Shown here in pieces: positions 52,301 to 64,000 of a stretch of DNA of 64,000 nt (the first letter of the stretch is position 1; each line of letters starts with the position of its first letter). Source of the DNA: Eledone cirrhosa (lineage: Eukaryota); NCBI GenBank assembly GCA_964016885.1, contig OZ024743.1:212102001-212166000 (forward strand), written 5' to 3'. The notes beneath the pieces were generated by a model. The model was given only the letters and a program-made list of their open reading frames with translations, searched no databases and had not been told where the DNA came from. The position numbers and the translations under genes are program-made.

Positions 52301-55300
52301 ACTCCGCCTGCAAATCGTCATTTTCGGATTCGTTTTCTTCGAAGCACACCATTCGCCGGCGGACTTCAGCTGCCTCATTTAGCATGGGCAGTTTTTCTTG
52401 AAGATCACACCACACACAGCCAATGAGTGTCTGCACATGTACCAGTAATTAGAGATCGATCCGACCACGGGCGGCCGGCCCACGATCGAGAAAAAGGTAA
52501 CTCCGCCGGCAAATCGTCATTTTTGTGATCCGTTTTCTTCGAAGCACACCATTCGCCGCCGGACTTCAGCTGCCTCATTTAGCATGGGCAGTTTTTTTTG
52601 AAAATCACACCACACACAACCAATTTGTGTCTGCACATGTACCAGTAATTACAGATCGATCCGACCACGGGCGGCCGGCCCGCGATTGAAAAGGTAACTC
52701 CGCCGGCAAATCGTCATTTTTGGATTCGTTTTCTTCGAAGCACACCATTCGCCGGCGTACTTTGTTGACGTTTAACACGGTTTGGTTCCACAGCCACAAC
52801 TATTGATTTTAAGGAGATATCTTGCTGAAATTCACGCCACACATAGCCAATGAGTGTCTGCACATGTACCAGTAATTACAGATGGATCCCACCACGGGCG
52901 GCCGGCCCACAATCGAAAAGGTTACTCCGCCTGCAAATCGTCATTTTCGGATTCGTTTTCTTCGAAGCACACCATTCGCCGGCGGACTTCAGCTGCCTCA
53001 TTTAGCATGGGCAGTTTTTTTTGAAAATAACACCACACACAACCAATGTGTGTCTGCACATGTACCAGTAATTACAGATCGATCCCACCACGAGTTCAAT
53101 GTAAACAAACTTACGCTCAACGACTTTGTTGACGTTTAACACGGTTTGGTTCCACAGCCACAACTATTGATTTTAAGGAGATATCTTGCTGAAATTCACG
53201 CCACACATAGCCAATGAGTGTTTGCACATGTACCAGTAATTACAGATGGATCCCACCACGGGCGGCCGGCCCACAATCGAAAAGGTTACTCCGCCTGCAA
53301 ATCGTCATTTTCGGATTCGTTTTCTTCGAAGCACACCATTCGCCGGCGGACTTCAGCTGCCTCATTTAGCATGAGCAGTTTTTCTTGAAGATCACACCAC
53401 ACATAGCCAATGAGTGTCTGCACATGTACCAGTAATTACAGATGGATCCCACCACGGGCGGCCGGCCCACAATCGAAAAGGTTACTCCGCCTGCAAATCG
53501 TCATTTTCGGATTCGTTTTCTTCGAAGCACACCATTCGCCGGCGGACTTCAGCTGCCTCATTTAGCATGGGCAGTTTTTCTTGAAGATCACACCACACAC
53601 AGCCAATGAGTGTCTGCACATGTACCAGTAATTACAGATGGATCCCACCACGGGCGGCCGGCCCACAATCGAAAAGGTTACTCCGCCTGCAAATCGTCAT
53701 TTTCGGATTCGTTTTCTTCGAAGCACACCATTCGCCGGCGGACTTCAGCTGCCTCATTTAGCATGGGCAGTTTTTCTTGAAGATCACACCACACACAGCC
53801 AATGAGTGTCTGCACATGTACCAGTAATTAGAGATCGATCCGACCACGGGCGGCCGGCCCACGATCGAGGAAAAGGTAACTCCGCCGGCAAATCGTCATT
53901 TTTGTGATCCGTTTTCTTCGAAGCACACCATTCGCCGCCGGACTTCAGCTGCCTCATTTAGCATGGGCAGTTTTTTTTGAAAATCACACCACACACAACC
54001 AATGTGTGTCTGCACATGTACCAGTAATTACAGATCGATCCCACCACGGGCGGCCGGCCCACAATCGAAAAGGTTACTCCGCCTGCAAATCGTCATTTTC
54101 GGATTCGTTTTCTTCGAAGCACACCATTCGCCGGCGGACTTCAGCTGCCTCATTTAGCATGAGCAGTTTTTCTTGAAGATCACACCACACACAGCCAATG
54201 AGTGTCTGCACATGTACCAGTAATTACAGATGGATCCCCCCACGGGCGGCCGGCCCACAATCGAAAAGGTTACTCCGCCTGCAAATCGTCATTTTCGGAT
54301 TCGTTTTCTTCGAAGCACACCATTCGCCGGCGGACTTCAGCTGCCTCATTTAGCATGAGCAGTTTTTCTTGAAGATCACACCACACACAGCCAATGAGTG
54401 TCTGCACATGTACCAGTAATTACAGATGGATCCCACCACGGGCGGCCGGCCCACAATCGAAAAGGTTACTCCGCCTGCAAATCGTCATTTTCGGATTCGT
54501 TTTCTTCGAAGCACACCATTCGCCGGCGGACTTCAGCTGCCTCATTTAGCATGGGCAGTTTTTCTTGAAGATCACACCACACACAGCCAATGAGTGTCTG
54601 CACATGTACCAGTAATTAGAGATCGATCCGACCACGGGCGGCCGGCCCACGATCGAGAAAAAGGTAACTCCGCCGGCAAATCGTCATTTTTGTGATCCGT
54701 TTTCTTCGAAGCACACCATTCGCCGCCGGACTTCAGCTGCCTCATTTAGCATGGGCAGTTTTTTTTGAAAATCACACCACACACAACCAATGTGTGTCTG
54801 CACATGTACCAGTAATTACAGATCGATCCGACCACGGGCGGCCGGCCCGCGATTGAAAAGGTAACTCCGCCGGCAAATCGTCATTTTTGTGATTCGTTTT
54901 CTTCGAAGCACACCATTCGCCGCCGGACTTCAGCTGCCTCATTTAGCATGGGCAGTTTTTTTTGAAAATCACACCACACACAACCAATGTGTGTCTGCAC
55001 ATGTACCAGTAATTACAGATCGATCCCACCACGAGTTCAATGTAAACTAACTTACGCTCAACGACTTTGTTGACGTTTAACACGGTTTGGTTCCACAGCC
55101 ACAACTATTGATTTTAAGGAGATATCTTGCTGAAATTCACGCCACACATAGCCAATGAGTGTCTGCACATGTACCAGTAATTACAGATCGATCCGACCAC
55201 GGACGGCCGGCCCGCGATTAAAAAGGTAACTCCGCCGGCAAATCGTCATTTTTGGATTCGTTTTCTTCGAAGCACACCATTCGCCGGCGTACTTTGTTGA

Positions 55301-58300
55301 CGTTTAACACGGTTTGGTTCCACAGCCACAACTATTGATTTTAAGGAGATATCTTGCTGAAATTCACGCCACACATAGCCAATGAGTGTCTGCACATGTA
55401 CCAGTAATTACAGATGGATCCCACCACGGGCGGCCGGCCCACAATCGAAAAGGTTACTCCGCCTGCAAATCGTCATTTTCGGATTCGTTTTCTTCGAAGC
55501 ACACCATTCGCCGGCGGACTTCAGCTGCCTCATTTAGCATGAGCAGTTTTCCTTGAAGATCACACCACACACAGCCAATGAGTGTCTGCACATGTACCAG
55601 TAATTACAGATGGATCCCACCACGGGCGGCCGGCCCACAATCGAAAAGGTTACTCCGCCTGCAAATCGTCATTTTCGGATTCGTTTTCTTCGAAGCACAC
55701 CATTCGCCGGCGGACTTCAGCTGCCTCATTTAGCATGGGCAGTTTTTCTTGAAGATCACACCACACACACCCAATGAGTGTCTGCACATGTACCAGTAAT
55801 TAGAGATCGATCCGACCACGGGCGGCCGGCCCACGATCGAGAAAAAGGTAACTCCGCCGGCAAATCGTCATTTTTGTGATCCGTTTTCTTCGAAGCACAC
55901 CATTCGCCGCCGGACTTCAGCTGCCTCATTTAGCATGGGCAGTTTTTTTTGAAAATCACACCACACACAACCAATGTGTGTCTGCACATGTACCAGTAAT
56001 TACAGATCGATCCGACCACGGGCGGCCGGCCCGCGATTGAAAAGGTAACTCCGCCGGCAAATCGTCATTTTTGTGATTCGTTTTCTTCGAAGCACACCAT
56101 TCGCCGCCGGACTTCAGCTGCCTCATTTAGCATGGGCAGTTTTTTTTGAAAATCACACCACACACAACCAATGTGTGTCTGCACATGTACCAGTAATTAC
56201 AGATCGATCCCACCACGAGTTCAATGTAAACAAACTTACGCTCAACGACTTTGTTGACGTTTAACACGGTTTGGTTCCACAGCCACAACTATTGATTTTA
56301 CGGAGATATCTTGCTGAAATTCACGCCACACATAGCCAATGAGTGTCTGCACATCTACCAGTAATTACAGATGGATCCCACCACGGGCGGCCGGCCCACA
56401 ATCGAAACGGTTACTCCGCCTGCAAATCGTCATTTTCGGATTCGTTTTCTTCGAAGCACACCATTCGCCGGCGGACTTCAGCTGCCTCATTTAGCATGAG
56501 CAGTTTTTCTTGAAGATCACACCACACACAGCCAATGAGTGTCTGCACATGTACCAGTAATTACAGATGGATCCCACCACGGGCGGCCGGCCCACAATCG
56601 AAAAGGTTACTCCGCCTGCAAATCGTCATTTTCGGATTCGTTTTCTTCGAAGCACACCATTCGCCGGCGGACTTCAGCTGCCTCATTTAGCATGGGCAGT
56701 TCTTCTTGAAGATCACACCACACACAGCCAATGAGTGTCTGCACATGTACCAGTAATTACAGATGGATCCCACCACGGGCGGCCGGCCCACAATCGAAAA
56801 GGTTACTCCGCCTGCAAATCGTCATTTTCGGATTCGTTTTCTTCGAAGCACACCATTCGCCGGCGGACTTCAGCTGCCTCATTTAGCATGGGCAGTTTTT
56901 CTTGAAGATCACACCACACACAGCCAATGAGTGTCTGCACATGTACCAGTAATTAGAGATCGATCCGACCACGGGCGGCCGGCCCACGATCGAGGAAAAG
57001 GTAACTCCGCCGGCAAATCGTCATTTTTGTGATCCGTTTTCTTCGAAGCACACCATTCGCCGCCGGACTTCAGCTGCCTCATTTAGCATGGGCAGTTTTT
57101 TTTGAAAATCACACCACACACAACCAATGTGTGTCTGCACATGTACCAGTAATTACAGATCGATCCCACCACGGGCGGCCGGCCCACAATCGAAAAGGTT
57201 ACTCCGCCTGCAAATCGTCATTTTCGGATTCGTTTTCTTCGAAGCACACCATTCGCCGGCGGACTTCAGCTGCCTCATTTAGCATGAGCAGTTTTTCTTG
57301 AAGATCACACCACACACAGCCAATGAGTGTCTGCACATGTACCAGTAATTACAGATGGATCCCCCCACGGGCGGCCGGCCCACAATCGAAAAGGTTACTC
57401 CGCCTGCAAATCGTCATTTTCGGATTCGTTTTCTTCGAAGCACACCATTCGCCGGCGGACTTCAGCTGCCTCATTTAGCATGAGCAGTTTTTCTTGAAGA
57501 TCACACCACACACAGCCAATGAGTGTCTGCACATGTACCAGTAATTACAGATGGATCCCACCACGGGCGGCCGGCCCACAATCTAAAAGGTTACTCCGCC
57601 TGCAAATCGTCATTTTCGGATTCGTTTTCTTCGAAGCACACCATTCGCCGGCGGACTTCAGCTGCCTTATTTAGCATGGGCAGTTTTTCTTGAAGATCAC
57701 ACCACACACAGCCAATGAGTGTCTGCACATGTACCAGTAATTAGAGATCGATCCGACCACGGGCGGCCGGCCCACGATCGAGAAAAAGGTAACTCCGCCG
57801 GCAAATCGTCATTTTTGTGATCCGTTTTCTTCGAAGCACACCATTCGCCGCCGGACTTCAGCTGCCTCATTTAGCATGGGCAGTTTTTTTTGAAAATCAC
57901 ACCACACACAACCAATGTGTGTCTGCACATGTACCAGTAATTACAGATCGATCCGACCACGGGCGGCCGGCCCGCGATTGAAAAGGTAACTCCGCCGGCA
58001 AATCGTCATTTTTGTGATTCGTTTTCTTCGAAGCACACCATTCGCCGCCGGACTTCAGCTGCCTCATTTAGCATGGGCAGTTTTTTTTGAAAATCACACC
58101 ACACACAATCAATGTGTGTCTGCACATGTACCAGTAATTACAGATCGATCCCACCACGAGTTCAATGTAAACAAACTTACGCTCAACGACTTTGTTGACG
58201 TTTAACACGGTTTGGTTCCACAGCCACAACTATTGATTTTAAGGAGATATCTTGCTGAAATTCACGCCACACATAGCCAATGAGTGTCTGCACATGTACC

Positions 58301-61300
58301 AGTAATTACAGATGGATCCCACCACGGGCGGCCGGCCCACAATCGAAAAGGTTACTCCGCCTGCAAATCGTCATTTTCGGATTCGTTTTCTTCGAAGCAC
58401 ACCATTCGCCGGCGGACTTCAGCTGCCTCATTTAGCATGGGCAGTTTTTCTTGAAGATCACACCACACACAGCCAATGAGTGTCTGCACATGTACCAGTA
58501 ATTAGAGATCGATCCGACCACGGGCGGCCGGCCCACGATCGAGAAAAAGGTAACTCCGCCGGCAAATCGTCATTTTTGTGATCCGTTTTCTTCGAAGCAC
58601 ACCATTCGCCGCCGGACTTCAGCTGCCTCATTTAGCATGGGCAGTCTTTTTTGAAAATCACACCACACACAACCAATGTGTGTCTGCACATGTACCAGTA
58701 ATTACAGATCGATCCCACCACGGGCGGCCGGCCCACAATCGAAAAGGTTACTCCGCCTGCAAATCGTCATTTTCGGATTCGTTTTCTTCGAAGCACACCA
58801 TTCGCCGGCGGACTTCAGCTGCCTCATTTAGCATGAGCAGTTTTTCTTGAAGATCACACCACACACAGCCAATGAGTGTCTGCACATGTACCAGTAATTA
58901 CAGATGGATCCCCCCACGGGCGGCCGGCCCACAATCGAAAAGGTTACTCCGCCTGCAAATCGTCATTTTCGGATTCGTTTTCTTCGAAGCACACCATTCG
59001 CCGGCGGACTTCAGCTGCCTCATTTAGCATGAGCAGTTTTTCTTGAAGATCACACCACACACAGCCAATGAGTGTCTGCACATGTACCAGTAATTACAGA
59101 TGGATCCCACCACGGGCGGCCGGCCCACAATCGAAAAGGTTACTCCGCCTGCAAATCGTCATTTTCGGATTCGTTTTCTTCGAAGCACACCATTCGCCGG
59201 CGGACTTCAGCTGCCTCATTTAGCATGGGCAGTTTTTCTTGAAGATCACACCACACACAGCCAATGAGTGTCTGCACATGTACCAGTAATTACAGATGGA
59301 TCCCACCACGGGCGGCCGGCCCACAATTGAAAAGGTTACTCCGCCTGCAAATCGTCATTTTCGGATTCGTTTTCTTCGAAGCACACCATTCGCCGGCGGA
59401 CTTCAGCTGCCTCATTTAGCATGGGCAGTTTTTCTTGAAGATCACACCACACACAGCCAATGAGTGTCTGCACATGTACCAGTAATTAGAGATCGATCCG
59501 ACCACGGGCGGCCGGCCCACGATCGAGAAAAAGGTAACTCCGCCGGCAAATCGTCATTTTTGTGATCCGTTTTCTTCGAAGCACACCATTCGCCGCCGGA
59601 CTTCAGCTGCCTCATTTAGCATGGGCAGTTTTTTTTGAAAATCACACCACACACAACCAATTTGTGTCTGCACATGTACCAGTAATTACAGATCGATCCG
59701 ACCACGGGCGGCCGGCCCGCGATTGAAAAGGTAACTCCGCCGGCAAATCGTCATTTTTGGATTCGTTTTCTTCGAAGCACACCATTCGCCGGCGTACTTT
59801 GTTGACGTTTAACACGGTTTGGTTCCACAGCCACAACTATTGATTTTAAGGAGATATCTTGCTGAAATTCACGCCACACATAGCCAATGAGTGTCTGCAC
59901 ATGTACCAGTAATTACAGATGGATCCCACCACGGGCGGCCGGCCCACAATCGAAAAGGTTACTCCGCCTGCAAATCGTCATTTTCGGATTCGTTTTCTTC
60001 GAAGCACACCATTCGCCGGCGGACTTCAGCTGCCTCATTTAGCATGGGCAGTTTTTTTTGAAAATAACACCACACACAACCAATGTGTGTCTGCACATGT
60101 ACCAGTAATTACAGATCGATCCCACCACGAGTTCAATGTAAACAAACTTACGCTCAACGACTTTGTTGACGTTTAACACGGTTTGGTTCCACAGCCACAA
60201 CTATTGATTTTAAGGAGATATCTTGCTGAAATTCACGCCACACATAGCCAATGAGTGTTTGCACATGTACCAGTAATTACAGATCGATCCGACCACGGAC
60301 GGCCGGCCCGCGATTGAAAAGGTAACTCCGCCGGCAAATCGTCATTTTTGGATTCGTTTTCTTCGAAGCACACCATTCGCCGGCGTACTTTGTTGACGTT
60401 TAACACGGTTTGGTTCCACAGCCACAACTATTGATTTTAAGGAGATATCTTGCTGAAATTCACGCCACACATAGCCAATGAGTGTCTGCACATGTACCAG
60501 TAATTACAGATGGATCCCACCACGGGCGGCTGGCCCACAATCGAAAAGGTTACTCCGCCTGCAAATCGTCATTTTCGGATTCGTTTTCTTCGAAGCACAC
60601 CATTCGCCGGCGGACTTCAGCTGCCTCATTTAGCATGAGCAGTTTTTCTTGAAGATCACACCACACACAGCCAATGAGTGTCTGCACATGTACCAGTAAT
60701 TACAGATGGATCCCACCACGGGCGGCCGGCCCACAATCGAAAAGGTTACTCCGCCTGCAAATCGTCATTTTCGGATTCGTTTTCTTCGAAGCACACCATT
60801 CGCCGGCGGACTTCAGCTGCCTCATTTAGCATGAGCAGTTTTTCTTGAAGATCACACCACACATAGCCAATGAGTGTCTGCACATGTACCAGTAATTACA
60901 GATGGATCCCACCACGGGCGGCCGGCCCACAATCGAAAAGGTTACTCCGCCTGCAAATCGTCATTTTCGGATTCGTTTTCTTCGAAGCACACCATTCGCC
61001 GGCGGACTTCAGCTGCCTCATTTAGCATGGGCAGTTTTTCTTGAAGATCACACCACACACAGCCAATGAGTGTCTGCACATGTACCAGTAATTACAGATG
61101 GATCCCACCACGGGCGGCCGGCCCACAATCGAAAAGGTTACTCCGCCTGCAAATCGTCATTTTCGGATTCGTTTTCTTCGAAGCACACCATTCGCCGGCG
61201 GACTTCAGCTGCCTCATTTAGCATGGGCAGTTTTTCTTGAAGATCACACCACACACAGCCAATGAGTGTCTGCACATGTACCAGTAATTAGAGATCGATC

Positions 61301-62100
61301 CGACCACGGGCGGCCGGCCCACGATCGAGGAAAAGGTAACTCCGCCGGCAAATCGTCATTTTTGTGATCCGTTTTCTTCGAAGCACACCATTCGCCGCCG
61401 GACTTCAGCTGCCTCATTTAGCATGGGCAGTTTTTTTTGAAAATCACACCACACACAACCAATGTGTGTCTGCACATGTACCAGTAATTACAGATCGATC
61501 CCACCACGGGCGGCCGGCCCACAATCGAAAAGGTTACTCCGCCTGCAAATCGTCATTTTCGGATTCGTTTTCTTCGAAGCACACCATTCGCCGGCGGACT
61601 TCAGCTGCCTCATTTAGCATGAGCAGTTTTTCTTGAAGATCACACCACACACAGCCAATGAGTGTCTGCACATGTACCAGTAATTACAGATGGATCCCCC
61701 CACGGGCGGCCGGCCCACAATCGAAAAGGTTACTCCGCCTGCAAATCGTCATTTTCGGATTCGTTTTCTTCGAAGCACACCATTCGCCGGCGGACTTCAG
61801 CTGCCTCATTTAGCATGAGCAGTTTTTCTTGAAGATCACACCACACACAGCCAATGAGTGTCTGCACATGTACCAGTAATTACAGATGGATCCCACCACG
61901 GGCGGCCGGCCCACAATCGAAAAGGTTACTCCGCCTGCAAATCGTCATTTTCGGATTCGTTTTCTTCGAAGCACACCATTCGCCGGCGGACTTCAGCTGC
62001 CTCATTTAGCATGGGCAGTTTTTCTTGAAGATCACACCACACACAGCCAATGAGTGTCTGCACATGTACCAGTAATTAGAGATCGATCCGACCACGGGCG
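46400..62100 (+). repeat. Imperfect 7-8 kb-scale duplication with whole-monomer indels (offsets 8194, 6841, 7037 and 7460 bp)
   Basis: ORF echoes lie at 47879/56073, 50188/57029, 51173/58014, 51541/58578, 52605/59642 and 53904/61364. Shared private variants include CACATCTACC, TTTTCCTTG, AATCTAAAAGG, GCCTTATTT, CAGTCTTT and CAATTGAAAAGG. Confidence 0.8.
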
Positions 62101-64000
62101 GCCGGCCCACGATCGAGGAAAAGGTAACTCCGCCGGCAAATCGTCATTTTTGTGATCCGTTTTCTTCGAAGCACACCATTCGCCGCCGGACTTCAGCTGC
62201 CTCATTTAGCATGGGCAGTTTTTTTTGAAAATCACACCACACACAACCAATGTGTGTCTGCACATGTACCAGTAATTACAGATCGATCCCACCACGGGCG
62301 GCCGGCCCACAATCGAAAAGGTTACTCCGCCTGCAAATCGTCATTTTCGGATTCGTTTTCTTCGAAGCACACCATTCGCCGGCGGACTTCAGCTGCCTCA
62401 TTTAGCATGAGCAGTTTTTCTTGAAGATCACACCACACACAGCCAATGAGTGTCTGCACATGTACCAGTAATTACAGATGGATCCCCCCACGGGCGGCCG
62501 GCCCACAATCGAAAAGGTTACTCCGCCTGCAAATCGTCATTTTCGGATTCGTTTTCTTCGAAGCACACCATTCGCCGGCGGACTTCAGCTGCCTCATTTA
62601 GCATGAGCAGTTTTTCTTGAAGATCACACCACACACAGCCAATGAGTGTCTGCACATGTACCAGTAATTACAGATGGATCCCCCCACGGGCGGCCGGCCC
62701 ACAATCGAAAAGGTTACTCCGCCTGCAAATCGTCATTTTCGGATTCGTTTTCTTCGAAGCACACCATTCGCCGGCGGACTTCAGCTGCCTCATTTAGCAT
62801 GAGCAGTTTTTCTTGAAGATCACACCACACACAGCCAATGAGTGTCTGCACATGTACCAGTAATTACAGATGGATCCCACCACGGGCGGCCGGCCCACAA
62901 TCGAAAAGGTTACTCCGCCTGCAAATCGTCATTTTCGGATTCGTTTTCTTCGAAGCACACCATTCGCCGGCGGACTTCAGCTGCCTCATTTAGCATGGGC
63001 AGTTTTTCTTGAAGATCACACCACACACAGCCAATGAGTGTCTGCACATGTACCAGTAATTAGAGATCGATCCGACCACGGGCGGCCGGCCCACGATCGA
63101 GAAAAAGGTAACTCCGCCGGCAAATCGTCATTTTTGTGATCCGTTTTCTTCGAAGCACACCATTCGCCGCCGGACTTCAGCTGCCTCATTTAGCATGGGC
63201 AGTTTTTTTTGAAAATCACACCACACACAACCAATGTGTGTCTGCACATGTACCAGTAATTACAGATCGATCCGACCACGGGCGGCCGGCCCGCGATTGA
63301 AAAGGTAACTCCGCCGGCAAATCGTCATTTTTGTGATTCGTTTTCTTCGAAGCACACCATTCGCCGCCGGACTTCAGCTGCCTCATTTAGCATGGGCAGT
63401 TTTTTTTGAAAATCACACCACACACAACCAATTTGTGTCTGCACATGTACCAGTAATTACAGATCGATCCGACCACGGGCGGCCGGCCCGCGATTGAAAA
63501 GGTAACTCCGCCGGCAAATCGTCATTTTTGGATTCGTTTTCTTCGAAGCACACCATTCGCCGGCGTACTTTGTTGACGTTTAACACGGTTTGGTTCCACA
63601 GCCACAACTATTGATTTTAAGGAGATATCTTGCTGAAATTCACGCCACACATAGCCAATGAGTGTCTGCACATGTACCAGTAATTACAGATGGATCCCAC
63701 CACGGGCGGCCGGCCCACAATCGAAAAGGTTACTCCGCCTGCAAATCGTCATTTTCGGATTCGTTTTCTTCGAAGCACACCATTCGCCGGCGGACTTCAG
63801 CTGCCTCATTTAGCATGGGCAGTTTTTTTTGAAAATAACACCACACACAACCAATGTGTGTCTGCACATGTACCAGTAATTACAGATCGATCCCACCACG
63901 AGTTCAATGTAAACAAACTTACGCTCAACGACTTTGTTGACGTTTAACACGGTTTGGTTCCACAGCCACAACTATTGATTTTAAGGAGATATCTTGCTGA

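Larger units (their letters stand above)
1..64000 (+). repeat. Tandem satellite DNA array, ~197 bp average monomer, ~325 head-to-tail copies, HOR-organised, probably (peri)centromeric; runs off both ends of the window
   Basis: ACACCATTCG recurs at 1, 197, 397, 594 and onward. A ~50 bp core, CCAATG(A/T)GTGTCTGCACATGTACCAGTAATTA(C/G)AGAT(G/C)GATCC(C/G)ACCACG, recurs every 168-227 bp to the end of the window. No unique sequence or strand switch was seen. The centromeric role is inference. Confidence 0.99.

Noticed and set aside
230-63947. The many 63-115 aa ORFs in the supplied track (MIRFLRSTPF..., MWLWNQTV...)
   Set aside because: They are the same repeat sequence read in different frames and strands, mostly from GTG/TTG starts. 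They appear or vanish with single SNPs and monomer order, and they resemble no protein family I know. They are useful only as period markers.
1-64000. CRISPR-like reading (constant ~50 bp core with variable intervening segments)
   Set aside because: The intervening segments are 120-180 bp, fall into five recurring and mostly homologous types rather than unique spacers, and there is no cas gene or leader.

Overview
The entire 64 kb is one uninterrupted, head-to-tail tandem satellite array of about 325 monomers averaging about 197 bp, all on the same strand. I see no genes, transposons, RNA genes or inversions, and every ORF in the track is a by-product of the repeat. The array is built from five monomer types, measured from a shared TTA(C/G)AGAT anchor: A 196 bp, B 200 bp, C 197 bp, D 168 bp and E 227 bp. 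D and E carry a roughly 60-90 bp AT-richer segment absent from A/B/C. The monomers follow an ordering grammar A(n)-B-[C-D-[E]], giving higher-order repeats (HORs) of 788, 957, 984, 988 and 1184 bp. Kilobase-scale duplications sit on top of these, several of them spanning exactly 23 monomers (4533-4567 bp). B monomers carry a CENP-B-box-like 17-mer on the minus strand (8 of 9 core positions). The monomer is rich in short palindromes, has one CpG-dense and one CpG-free half, and appears to derive from an older ~65 bp trimer. The best interpretation is a young, actively homogenising eukaryotic (peri)centromeric HOR satellite. I cannot name the organism or satellite family from the sequence. All counts were made by eye.
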